A stretch of DNA of 45,697 nt, taken from Reclinomonas americana ATCC 50394. Taxonomy: Eukaryota. Positions 19,931-31,728 of this stretch are shown here, one piece after another. Where the stretch lies: contig PS015038.1 in the NCBI GenBank assembly GCA_048213135.1, forward strand, positions 14,831-60,527. Direction: 5' to 3'. The number at the start of each line of letters is the position of its first letter. Position 1 is the first letter of the stretch. Position numbers and translations under genes: made by a program. The notes beneath the pieces were generated by a model, which had not been told where the DNA came from, searched no databases, and saw only the letters and a program-made list of their open reading frames with translations.

Positions 19931-20705
19931 CTACACATCCTCCCCGTCCTCCGAATCCATCGCCGGCCCCGGCTGACCGGCCTTCCAAACGCCCCGCAGC
20001 ACGCACTGATGGCAAAAGGCAATGTCGGCCAGCTTCATGCTCACTGCACAGACACCATGGCACGTGGTCAGCAAAACGGCGATCGTGAGCACACCACAGC
20101 ACACACCTTTTCGACTGCTCGTGCGCTTCTTCTTCATCATATCCAATCGCTCCCGCATAACCAGCTGGTGATCCTCAGTCACCTCCTCGCCCTCCACGAG
20201 GGACCTCCGTATTATCGTGTGTTGCAACTCGTAGACCGGCAGTGCGTCGTCAGGAACTGCGCGTTGCGTGAGAGTGTAAAGAGAAGGAGTCCACCAAAGA
20301 CTCACTCACCGTTGCTGCCAAACGCAGCATCGCAGTACGTGGCCAGCAGCTCTGCAAGGACACGTCGCGGGCGCCAATCCGCCGCCTGTGAGCGACAGGC
20401 TGCTTCCAGGCGACAGAGTCGCTCACGGAGAAACGCTGCATCGTCGCCGATCTCGCTGCTCGAAAGACGGCGTACGGCCTCTCGCTCCAGCAGCCAGTTC
20501 ATGTCGGGCACTGTCTCACCAGGTGAACGCGCTGGCGAGAGAACATGGAGCAAGGAACTGGCACGCACCAGCATCCAACGAGTCGACCGCGTCATGTTGC
20601 TCCACTAATCGACGGATTACAGCGAAACAAGCTGGTGCGACAAGAGTGAGACGCCACAGGAGCGCCACATCAGAGAGGTCGCGACAAACCTGCTGCGTTT
20701 GGCAT
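19931..20705 (-). CDS. Hypothetical helical protein (~5 exons)
   Basis: In-frame GT-AG joins give MPNAAVEQHDAVDSLDAVPDMNWLLEREAVRR...AVPDDALPVYELQHTIIRR...EDGEDV*. Codon usage is coding-like; no family recognised. Confidence 0.45.
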
Positions 20706-20963
20706 CAGGAGTGGGCGAGTCTCTTGACTGCTGTGTGATGAAGGTATCAGGCGAGGTGATAGATGAACGCAGTGAACGAGAGCCTCCGCACCTTATTGGG
20801 AGCAATGTCGGTGGCAGGAACTCAAGCAGTGATCACACCCATGCCTGGTGTCGGGCGCACTGTCGCACAAGAGTTGCAATGAGTGAAGCAGGCGTGGTGT
20901 ATCTCTCTGCCCTCTGTGCTCAGTTCTTTTGCTGTCCTCTCTCNNNNNNNNNNNNNNNNNNNN

Positions 20964-21069
<106 letters not shown>

Positions 21070-21256
21070 CTCTCCACCACCATCTCATTAAACTCGCCAT
21101 CTGCACTTCTTCTTCATCTCTCTCACTCCCTCTCCTCACACGCCTTTCTTCCATCACACAACACTCTGCACCTATCTCACTTCGCCTTTACCACCACGCA
21201 CACTCCTGGCCTTGTGTAGACGCACTCTGACAACTTCTGCCGGAAAATTCACACCA

Positions 21257-24200
21257 ATGCATCATCTGACAACAAAACAAAGTTTCTCTTCTCGCCAACA
21301 CTGGCCCCCTTCTGAGAAAGCGCGCGAAGGAGAGACACGCACCTCTCCCCCTCTCCGCCGCTTCTCCCCACGCGGAGAGAGAGACATGGACGCGCCTCCT
21401 CCGCCACCGCCTCCCCGGCCACCTCCTCCTCCACCTCCGCCACCTCCACCTCCTCCCGCTGCCTCCTCTTCTTCTTCTCACCACCCTCCCCTCTTCATCT
21501 CGGATCTACCCTTCCACCCCGTCGGCGAGTCACTCTCCACCGCCGAGCACCGCGGCGGCGGTCTCTTTGACGAGGACGAATTTGACTGTGATCACACTCA
21601 CGAGGCGGAAGATCACGATCTGTTGTTCTTTGACGGCCCGCTGCAAGACATGTTGGGTCACCCGCGTGTGATCGATGCCTCGCCTCCGCTGTACATCTCG
21701 CCACCGTCGCCGAGAGTCAGCGGTTCGTGAATGCGGAAGTTCGGAGATCTTGACTCAATGTGAAACGAGACCCTTTGTTCTTTCCTCTTTTCTCCAGCCT
21801 GTTCCTTCTCCCCTCCCTCGTCCCCCTCCGCTGTGTTTCTCTTTCTGTTTTTCTGCTGTTGTCAGAGGCTTCTAGAACTCCTCCGTATTTTAATGATCAC
21901 GAATATGACGCTGTTTTTTCTTGCGGCCAGGTCCTCCGTCTGAGGAGCTCGTGGAGAACTTGCGACGAGCGGATCCATCCAGAGCCCTGGAACGAGTGCT
22001 GTACAGGGAGCACACGCTGCACGTCATCCCGGTTCGTTCGCTTATCTGTCGTGTTTGTCTGTTTTAGACACCGAGGCGAAGGGTGGCTTGGTGTTTGCTG
22101 GTGTTGTGATCGTCACTCGCTGCTTGTGCGGGATGATGCATGCTAGCATGCAGAGGATTCTACTGCTTGTGATTATTCGCACATCTCATCTGACAGCAGT
22201 CGGAGAAAGAGTCACGATCTCCGGCTCGGATATCCACTGCATGTTATTTGACAGAAAGAGGAGCAGCGCAGTGAGTCTCAATTCTTTCTGGTGCCTGTGC
22301 ACTCTCCTTCACTCTCCCATTGTCGCAGAAGTGCAGGGCACAAGATTCTCGCACTGCTGTTCGTCACGTCTTGTTTTTCACATCACCGCTTGTCACGTCT
22401 CTGTCAGACTCTGTTGCACAGACTCCTCAAGTTTCCTTTTACTCACTCTGATAATCAGTGATCGTGTTTCTCTCTGCACGCTGTCGTCAGCCTCAGTCGC
22501 AGAATAATACCACTCAATCGTCAGTGCTTCTGTTTTTCTCCCTCGCATGCCGTCGCAACTCTTCGTTTGCTTGCCAGTCGGAGTATACTCACTGCTGTTG
22601 TTCTTCGCGACACTTTCACTCAGCCTGATCGTCAGTTTCTCTGTCTATCAACATGCCGTCAGCATCCTAAGTTGCAAAACAATTCTCGTGTCTTCACTCA
22701 CTAGTCAGTGCTTCTGTCTCTCTCTCTCTCTCGATGCACGCCGCCATTGAATCAACCTCTGTTGCAGAAGATTGGCAACTCTTCCTTCCTTACCGTGCTT
22801 GTGTCTCACTCTCGTTCATCGCCACGCTTCCTGTCACTCACTCAGCCTGAAAGTCAGTGCCTTTGTTTCTTCGCACCCTTGTTGCGAAGATCGGCACAGG
22901 GGATACTCGCATCTGTCGCTTCTCACATTTCTGCACGCTGTTTTTCATCGGCCTCGACTGCAGAATAACACTCGCGACTCGCGCCTCCTTCAGCGCGGTT
23001 TCTCTGCACCGCACTTCAGAGATATTCAGTCGCATCCAATTACAGTTTACGCAGCCTTGGCCAACCCACTCTTCTTGCTCATCTCTCGTACTAATCACTG
23101 TTCCCTTGCGGCTCGCTCTGTGCTCGCCACCTCAGACAGTCTCAGTTGCAGATGCGCAGCACAGCCAGATTTCCACTGCTCCAGCAGCCACTGCCGTCTC
23201 TTGTTTCTACCTGTCTTCACTCTCACAGAAGAGAATCTCATTGCTAGTGCCTGTGCTCGTCTCTTCGTTTTGTTCCACACTAGCTGCTTCCTGCTGCGCA
23301 CCATATCTGACAGCACTGTCTCTGTCTTGCTCGACAACTTTTCTTGCATCCTCTTTTCAGTTCTCCGAGCTCATCTTTTTCCCTTGTCCCTCTTTAGTTC
23401 CCTTTCCCCTCCCTTTCCCTTCTCCCTCCCCTCACCCCTTCCCTTTTATTCCCCCCATCCCTTCCCCTTTTCAGATCGGCGACCACGTCCACATCGTCAC
23501 CGGCGCCCGCTGGCCCCTCCACCCCTTCTCCCTTAACGACGACCTCAACCTCCGCGTCTCCGACGTCCTCAGCATCGACTGCGTGCTCGACCGCCGGTAC
23601 CTGGCCCGCGGCATGCTCGGACGACAGTGCGTGCTCGAGATGCACTATCACGGCCTCGCCGACAATGGCGGCCTGATGAAGCCGGTGAACTTTCACTTGC
23701 TGCGCCGATCGGGCGAGCGGTGTCGAGTCTTGCGTGCCTCGGTGACACTCATCCGCGACCGCGAGAATCGCGCGTCGCACTTTGAGATGACGTGCACGCC
23801 CACCAACACTGGTCTCACGCTCCACAGTCGGCAAGCCAAGGTGATTTATGGAGCTAGCTTCTTTGGTCACACAATAACTTGTGTGTGGTACCCACTCTTC
23901 TCTTTCCGCAGAACGAATCGCAGCGACCCTCCTCACGACACCCGTCAGTCGACAAGTTGCACTTCTCGCTGGATGTGGAGATTGTCATGCCCGGCGGCCA
24001 GCCGTGCAACGTGCCGCTGGAGTGCGACCTGCCGCTGGTGTTGCGAAATCGCACCGCCCAAGTACCTCTTTTCGCCAGTCACATTACGTGGGCGGCGGTC
24101 GACCCGAGTGCCACGGCCATGCTGGCCGCATGCTCGGCTCACGATCCTGGCCTGTGCGTCATGGAGCGTGCCGGAACAGTCAGTTGCGGCAAACAGGGGG

Positions 24201-24913
24201 GAATGGTGCACTCGCTCGTCGTGCGCTTACAGCTGTGAGGTGTGCAGATTTTACGCCATCGAGCACCTACGTTCGCCTGGCGCCCGACAGCAAAGTCCAG
24301 CTGTCGTTCACCTTTCCCCCGGACTTCCTGCAGCTCGTCCCTGACGTGTGTGCCGTTGGCCTGGTGACCGCCTGGAGCAGTGTGAAAGCGCATACCATGG
24401 TCAGCAGTTGCTGCTGTGGTCTTTCCCTAAAATTTGCGGTCGCTCACCGTGGTGCAGGTGCCCGACGTCTTCCGCATCACGGCCGCCGGCGTCGACCACA
24501 GCACCAGGCCCTTTGATCAGATCTTTGTGGAGCTACACGGTGGGCGTGTACGCAGCAGGGCGTGCCTGCTGGTCGCCGTCATGCGATCCACGGGCGTCAT
24601 TGGTGTGTACGCGCAGCAGTGTGTGGTCGACGTGCGGCCGGAGCGTGCTGCACTTGCGGGTGAGAGTGTGTGGTGTGAAAAGGAGACTGCCAACAATACC
24701 TGCTCTCATTCTATTGTAGCCGATGTCGACGCCAAGCGCAGAGGAAGGAGAAAGTCCGCGGCGGCCGACAGCCAAGATGGCAGCGACGACGATGGTTGGC
24801 TGATTTCTTTGTTCTCTCTCTCTCTCTCTTTCGCTCTCCATCTCTCACTGTGCTCTTCCACAGCCGATGATCCGCGTCCGCGCAAACGAGGCGCACGGGA
24901 CGCCGATCAATGA
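21257..24913 (+). CDS. Hypothetical protein: poly-Pro/acidic N-terminus, beta-rich core, basic NLS-like C-terminus (possible Ig-fold transcription factor)
   Basis: Coding-like exons at ~21257-21722, 21931-22031, 23475-23840, 23912-24200, 24230-24345, 24458-24660, 24720-24793 and 24863-24913, with GT-AG borders. C-terminal KRRGRRK and RPRKR. Confidence 0.55.
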
Positions 24914-25155
24914 GTGTATCGGGAGTGTCGCCATCGAATGGCGTCATCGTTTTAGTAAGCAGATCGACAGAACGATCGGTAACTTGTATCGAGTGAAGGG
25001 GGGAATTGTTGGCTTGTTTACTCGGTAAGGTGCACAACACAGCAATGCCAGACTGACAAAAAAACAAAACACTTCATTCACCACATTCCAATAATGCGAT
25101 AAACGCCCACAAATCCCTTGCCAACAATGACCTTCGCACACCAACAAACACATAT

Positions 25156-25608
25156 TTACTCTTCTCCAACAGTCATCTTTCCTTTCAGGACTCCAGTGTG
25201 CATTCGAATCTTCTCCACCAGCTCGGCATACTTCGTCAACTTGCGGTCGTACGCCTTCTGCAACGCCTCTTCGTCCTTCTGGTACGCCACGGTGAACTCC
25301 ACAATCAGCACCTTCATCACCTGTGCATCGGCACCTGGACCTGCACGAGTCACCACAATGTCTGGTTTCAACTGTGCCAACTGGTCTTCTCCTGCTGGCA
25401 ACAAGTTCTGCGGTACTTTCTCAGTGTAGAAGATTGCCTCGCTGTGCACTCTGAGTTCCTCGTGGAAGATCGTTGCCACTCTGTTGTGCCGACTCGTCAT
25501 ATTGTCTTTCTGTGCCTCACACCAGCACAAAAAATGTGCCACTGTCTCTGGCTGTCCCTTGTTGCACACTGTGCGACCACCCAACTGACTGTACCTCTGC
25601 TTCTCCAC
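25156..25608 (-). mobile_element. 5'-truncated non-LTR retrotransposon fragment (CCHC knuckle + restriction-like endonuclease, RLE clade)
   Basis: RTVC...ETVAHFLCWC, RHN, KPDIVV, LIVEFTV and RKLTKY are the hallmark C-terminal motifs of RLE-type (R2/R4/NeSL/CRE-like) LINE ORFs. It is intronless and no RT is seen upstream. Confidence 0.8.
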
Positions 25609-26072
25609 GGACGGAACATGACGCGCAGCTGTGCATTAGTGACTATCCCAATTGACATACTGAGAAACATCGGTGACTTGCAAGTAGAACTTCTTCGCTC
25701 TCTGATCTTTCCACTCTTACTCATACTCCCTTCTCCCTCCCTCTCCTTTTCTCTCTCTCACTCCCCCTTCCCCTCTTTTCCCTTTCCCTATAATCCTCTG
25801 AAGTACCTTCTCTATCCCAAGTGACATACTGAGAATCATCGGTGACTTGCAAGTAGAACTGATTTGCTCTCTCCCTCCCTCTCCCTTTCTCTCTCCTTCC
25901 CTCCCCTTCCCCTCTTTTCCCTTTCCCTCTCCCTCCCTCTCCCTTCCCCTCTCCCTCCCTCTCCCTCTTCTCCCTCCTTCCCTCCCCCTTCCCCTCTTTT
26001 CCCTTTCCCTCTTTATCCCTTTCCCTCTCTATCCCTTTCCCTATTATCCTCTATATTATCCCCTTTACTAAT

Positions 26073-29000
26073 TCAATCATCGTCATCATCACTCTCCCCC
26101 TCCGACCCCACATAATCATCCCCCTCATACGCGTCGGCCAGCGCCGACAGCGACTCGGTCAGCTCCTCAAACTCATCCTGCGTCATGCCCCCCAACTGAT
26201 GCGCGACAATCCCTCGCGGAGCCGCCGCGAAGCGATCACGAATCTTGCCGCCCAGATAGCCGTGCACACCGGGACCGCACGTCAGCGACGCCATTGAGGC
26301 CGAGCGCAGGACGTCTGCGAGAGAGGGGTGAGAGAATCACCAAAAAGAATGAGCGGGAGAGGAACACCAACCGTGCAGCTCGGGCGACGCTGGATCCGGA
26401 TCACGCATGTGCGTCAAATCACCCTCGGACGACACGTGCTCCTTGAACATGTGCGGATACGAGATCGGGTACGACAGCGGCGCGTCCACGAGGCTCCAGT
26501 CGATGCGGTGATAGCCAGAGAACTGACCATAGTAAATGTCCATCAACTCGTCCACCGAATCTGCGCATTCCCATGAGTGCCCGTTCTTCCCCTCCTCTCC
26601 CCCTCCTTCTACCCAATCACACTCACCACAACCCAAGAACCGGTACGGCAACAGACTGCGCTCGCGCTCGCCCGGCTGATACAGCGGGTACCGGCTGAGA
26701 CCGCGCGCGGCCATAAACTCGGAGAACGGCACGCGATCGTCGTCGGTGAGCTGCGCGTATGGCGACAGCAGCGGTGCGAGGGGCGAGCGACGACCGAACG
26801 TCGGACCCATGTGCACCATGCGGCTGGCCAGCGACTCGGCCTTGAGCGGCGCATGGCCACGCGACGAGTAAATCGGCAGCAGCGACTCGGGGCAATCGGC
26901 CGGATAGATGGGGAACGGCATGGCTAGCGACGGCGACGCCACTCGCAAACGCGGCTGCACCGCCAACGTGTGCGCCACGTTGCGCATCTGCGAGTCGGAC
27001 TTGCCGAATGCCGACGACACCGTGTCGACGAGGGCCGCACAAATCGCCGAGTGCGCGTAGTGTCCAGGCTCCACGCGCATGTTGGGGAACAGCGACGAAA
27101 CCGGCCACTCCTCGCACGACACGGGCGAGAGGATCGAGCTGTGCTCGTACAGCGACGCCAGGCCGATGCCACTCTGAATGTCATGCATCGCAATGTCGCG
27201 TCGCTGTGCGCCCTCCGGCAGCGGCGTGGTGAACGAGTTGGTGAAGATCGGCGTGATGCCGTACTCGTCGCGCAGCATCTCCAGGTAGCGCTCGGTGAAG
27301 CCGCCGAAGAAGCCGACCTTGTGGAGGGGGGAATAAGGGGAAGGGGGAAGAGGGAATAAGTAGAAGGGAGGGGAAGGCAGGGGAGAGTGAGAAACAGAGA
27401 GGAAAAACAGAAACGACAATGCCGAGAGAAGAGAGAGATCTGGGGGAGAGAGAACGATGGAGCATAGAGGGGATGACTCGGGCCTCTGCCCAGACAATCA
27501 CAGAGAATGCAGACTTCGGGAAACACTGGAGGGAGCGTCGACACATCGCGCAAAGGAAAGGACACTTATTCCTGTGCCAGAGACGGATGAAGATATCGCG
27601 TCAAAAGAGCAAGAGGGAAGATATTGAGAAAAAGATTGTGAGAGAAAACGATGACAAGGTCCTTGTCATCATGCATCCACTACTCTGCGACGTGTGCAAC
27701 TCTTGGCCGTGAGAGAAGCGAGGAGAACGAGAAATCGACGCAAAGAACAATACGCTCCCACTCTGCGACGTGTGCAACTCTTGGCCGCGAAAGAAGCGAG
27801 GAGAGCGAGCAATCGACGCAAAGAACGATACGCACTTTCATTCGCTGCACAAGTCAAGGGAGAAGACCGCCATGAAGACAGAGAAATGAATGACAGACAC
27901 TATCGACAATCGTTGAAGAGTGGAGCGCTGACAAGAGGATTGTGGAAGCAGGAGGAGACAACGAAGGGCTAATGTGAGAACGACGTCTTCACATTTTCCC
28001 TGCACAACGTGTCGAGAGGAAGGATGGAGAGAATGAGGGAGAGAGAGAGGAGAGCGAGGAGAAATGAAGCGCAATTCTACCATTCTCTTCGCAATTGAGG
28101 GAACACTGGGTCAAGGGTCAAAGCCTTGACCTTTACCTGAAAGACCAACAGAACCGAGAGGAGCAAGGGAAGACACATAGGCAGTCGCTACCATGCTCCC
28201 ATACTTACAGTCTTTCAAAGTACCACGAAGAAGAGAATCAAAGTCAAGCACATACGCCATTTCTTCTCACTCTTCTCATTTCCCCCTTTCCCATCCTCTT
28301 CCCTTCCCCTCCCTCTCCTCCCCCTTCACTCTTTCCCCTATTCTCCCTTCCCCTCCCACCCTTCCCTATTTCCCACGCACCTGATCCGCCAACACATTGA
28401 ACCCCTGCAACGAATCGCACTCCTCGACAAAGAAGCGCACCGGGTCGAGATACTCATCGAGCGCCGCCGCCGAACTCAGCAGCTCACGACCGACCGTGTG
28501 CACATCGCAATCGTCGGTCACCTGATACTGCCGCACCACCGAAATGGTGCGCGGGTGATAGGCGGCCTTCAAAAAGTCGCTCCACGTCTGCACCGAGCCG
28601 TCGCGATCGGAGAGCGAAAACCACTCGCGGCCAGTGTTGTCGGCGTACTTGCGTGCCGGCGCAGCTTCGGCCGGTGCTGCCGCCGATGATGACGAGCCCT
28701 CGCCGCCACTGCCACTTCCTGCAGCAGCAGCAGCACTGATCTTGAGCTCCACCGCACTGCCACCGTCATCGTTGAGCGCCTTCAAAAAGTCATTCATCGT
28801 GCGGCTCTTGGCACGCGCGGCCGACGCCGACGCTGCCGCACGTACTCTTCGCCGCACACGAACGCCCAGTCGCACGCTGTCGTCGTCATCGTCGTCGTCG
28901 TCGTCTTCGCGCTCATCATCCGGCACCTCGTCGACCTCAATGTCCACGAGCTCGCCGTCGTCGTCGAATGCGCCTTCGACGGGAAGTACGCCGCCGGGCC

Positions 29001-30287
29001 TGGAAATGACATGGGATGAGGAGGGTGAGGAGAGAGAGAGAGAGAAAGAGTAAAGGGGGAGAAGAAGAAGAAGAAAGAAGAAAGAAGGGGGAGGGTGGAG
29101 AGGAAAAGAGGAGACAGTGTGTGTGTGTGAGAGCGAAGAGGAGACCAGAAAAAACAGGAGACGGAGACAGCGATAGAGGATATGGAGACACCGAGAGTGA
29201 CGAGAGAGAGAAAGAGACAGAGTGAGTGAGAGAGAAGTGGACACGGAGAGTCAAGAGTGATGAGAAGAGGGTGACTGCAGCAAAGACGAGAGAAGTGAAC
29301 AGTGGCAAAGACAGACAAGGGCAACGACGAGGGAGAAGACAGAGAGACAGAGTGAAGAGTTAAAAGAAAAGCTGAGAGTGCGATGAGGAGAGAGTGAAGG
29401 GAGATGACGACGCATAACAGAGAGATAAGGAGGAGAGCACAGAGAAGGAGACGAGCAGAGAGAGAGAGAGAAGGAAGGGAGACAGTGAAGAGAGTGAAAG
29501 CAGAAGAGTGTGAAAAACAAGAGAGACGAGGAGAGACAACGGCATTGACAACAGAGACACGAGAGAGAGCAGAGAAACGGGAAAAAAGAGTCAAAAGAGT
29601 GAACGGAGCACTAGACGAGGGGAGAAAGTTAAGAAGTGAACGGTGACGAGGAGAGACAAAGGACAAGAGCACAGAGTGACACAGGGAGCAGAGAAACGGA
29701 AAAACAGCCAAGAGAGCGAAAGGAGCAAGAAGAGACGAGAAAGTAGAGAAGAGATGAGACGAGGAGAGAACAGGATGCACAACAGAGAGGGATAGAAGGA
29801 CAAGAGCACAGACAGGCGGCGAGAGAGCAACACCCACAGAGAGAGACAACTTACCAAGCACCTCCGACGCGATCTCGCACCGCCATTGGCTCCTCCGGTC
29901 GCGCATACACATATCCATCACGCGCAAGGAATCCCAGACTACCCCGCAAGTCGCACAGAACAGCTCGCGGCAAGTACGTCGAGTCACCCTTGACAAGAGA
30001 GACACAGAGAGAATGAGCTCATCTTTGAGCACTTTCGAGTGAGTGAGTGAGCGAGCGCTGCACCTGTCGCGTCTCGCCTACACGATAAAAGGTGTCAAAG
30101 TTGACTGCAGAGTCGGGTGTGGCGCCACCTGCATACGCAATGGCCTCCTCCTGTGTGTGTCACAGAGCAGTGAGTCCAACAATAACTTTTTCTTTGTTTT
30201 TTTGTGTGTCGCAACTCGCATGTTCCACAGATGCGAGGCTGTGTAGTTGGCGAATCGGCCCAAGTGTACTGTGACAACCTCGCGCAT
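26073..30287 (-). CDS. MSTO1: Misato/DML1 tubulin-FtsZ-like protein
   Basis: MREVVTVHLGRFANYTASHLWN; YLPRAVLCDLRGSLG; VQTWSDFL..YHPRT; VRFFVEECDSLQGFN..D|VGFFGGF...LRDEY; C-terminal DEFEELTESLSALADAY. Six exons in frame. Confidence 0.92.
27680..27835. repeat. Intronic direct repeat, 2 x ~78 bp
   Basis: actctgcgacgtgtgcaactcttggccg...aatcgacgcaaagaac occurs at ~27682 and ~27760. Confidence 0.9.
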
Positions 30288-30787
30288 TGTGAGTGGGGTT
30301 TGTGATGGATTGACGGTCTGATCAGGTGGACGGATGAGGGTGTGTCACTCTTCTCTGTGTTGTGCGTGTGTGTGAGCGATGTATCAGACATTTCCTGCTG
30401 TAGTGGTGCGTGTGTGTGAGTGAGTGAGAGAGTGTGAGAGAGGGAAGAGCGGAGAGAGATTGCTCAGAGTTTTGTGTGTCTTTGTGAGTGTGTCTCTCCT
30501 TTGCGAGTGACTGTGTGTGTGTGCGTGTGTGTGAGAGGGAGAGAGGGAGAGAGGAGAGAGAGTGAGAGTGAGAGGAGAGAGTGTGAGAGAATGAGAGAGA
30601 GAGACGTTGCAATGCAAGTCTCCTCTCTGATTATCTGTCTCTGTCTCTCTCTTTGTGTGTGCATATGTGTGTATATATGTGTGTATGTGTGTGCACCTTG
30701 CCTTTGTGAGTGACTGAGAACGTGTGTGCGCGTGAGAGAGAGACAGAGAGTGGCATGTCGTTGCACACACACACACTCACACTCACA

Positions 30788-30856
<69 letters not shown>

Positions 30857-30926
30857 TAGAGAGAGAGAGACGACACACTANNNNNNNNNNNNNNNNNNNN
30901 GGGTGAGAGAGAGAGAGCACATCCAG

Positions 30927-31722
30927 ATTGCGTAGTACCCTTTATCGTTCTCTCTCTCTCTCTCTCTCTCGTCGACTCATTGCTTGTCTCAGATCTGCAC
31001 TGGAGCGTGTGCTCTGATGGGCGTTGTGCCGTGGGGCATTCACAAGCTGGCGTTTGGACGAGTTGCGTGCGAGAGATGAGGAGGCCTTTATTCTCTCTCA
31101 CTCTGCACGGGAGCGATTGCCTCTTCTTTCACTGCGTGTTGAGGCTGCAGTCCCGTCGAGCGCACCTTGTGACATTGTGCAGCCTTCAACCTCTGCGTGT
31201 GGCCCGTCTTTTCGCCTGTTCCACTCACTGCGCTCTCACCTCCTGCCACCTGATCGTTGTCTTCAGTACCACTCTCCGCTCTCGTTTCCCCTCACTCCAA
31301 TCCTGCGCAAATCGTCCCCTCTCTTCATTGCCCTCCTTCCGTGCACCTTCTCTCTCCTCCTCTCGCACTCCCTTCTCCCTTCCTTCCACCCTCTCCTTGC
31401 CTTCCCCTCCCTTCTCCCTCACCCCCTTTCCCTCTCTCCCTTTCCCCTTCATTCCCTCACTCTCTTCCCCATTCTCGCACTCCCTTCCGCTTCCGTCTCC
31501 CTCACCCCTTTCCCTTCATTTCCCTTCATTCCGCTCACTCCCTTCCCCTTCATTTCCAGAACAAGCGCGTCAACAAGGACGCATGGGATCAACGAGTCGA
31601 CTATCGCGATCGGCAGCTGGCCGACGCACCCGCCACGCCCTCTCGTTGCGTGTCGTTTTGTGCGATCCTGTGCACACACATACGCGCGTGCTGACATTGT
31701 GGCATTGGCAACAGACCAATGA
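30927..31722 (+). CDS. NDUFA1: NADH dehydrogenase complex I subunit NDUFA1/MWFE (first codons probably in the N gap at 30881-30900)
   Basis: Model: join(30927-30946, 30993-31061, 31560-31644, 31715-31722) = ..CVVPFIICTGACALMGVVPWGIHKLAFGRNKRVNKDAWDQRVDYRDRQLADAPATPSHQ*. A single TM segment followed by IHK...G..KR....W......RD matches the MWFE pattern. Confidence 0.8.
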
Positions 31723-31728
31723 GGCGGA

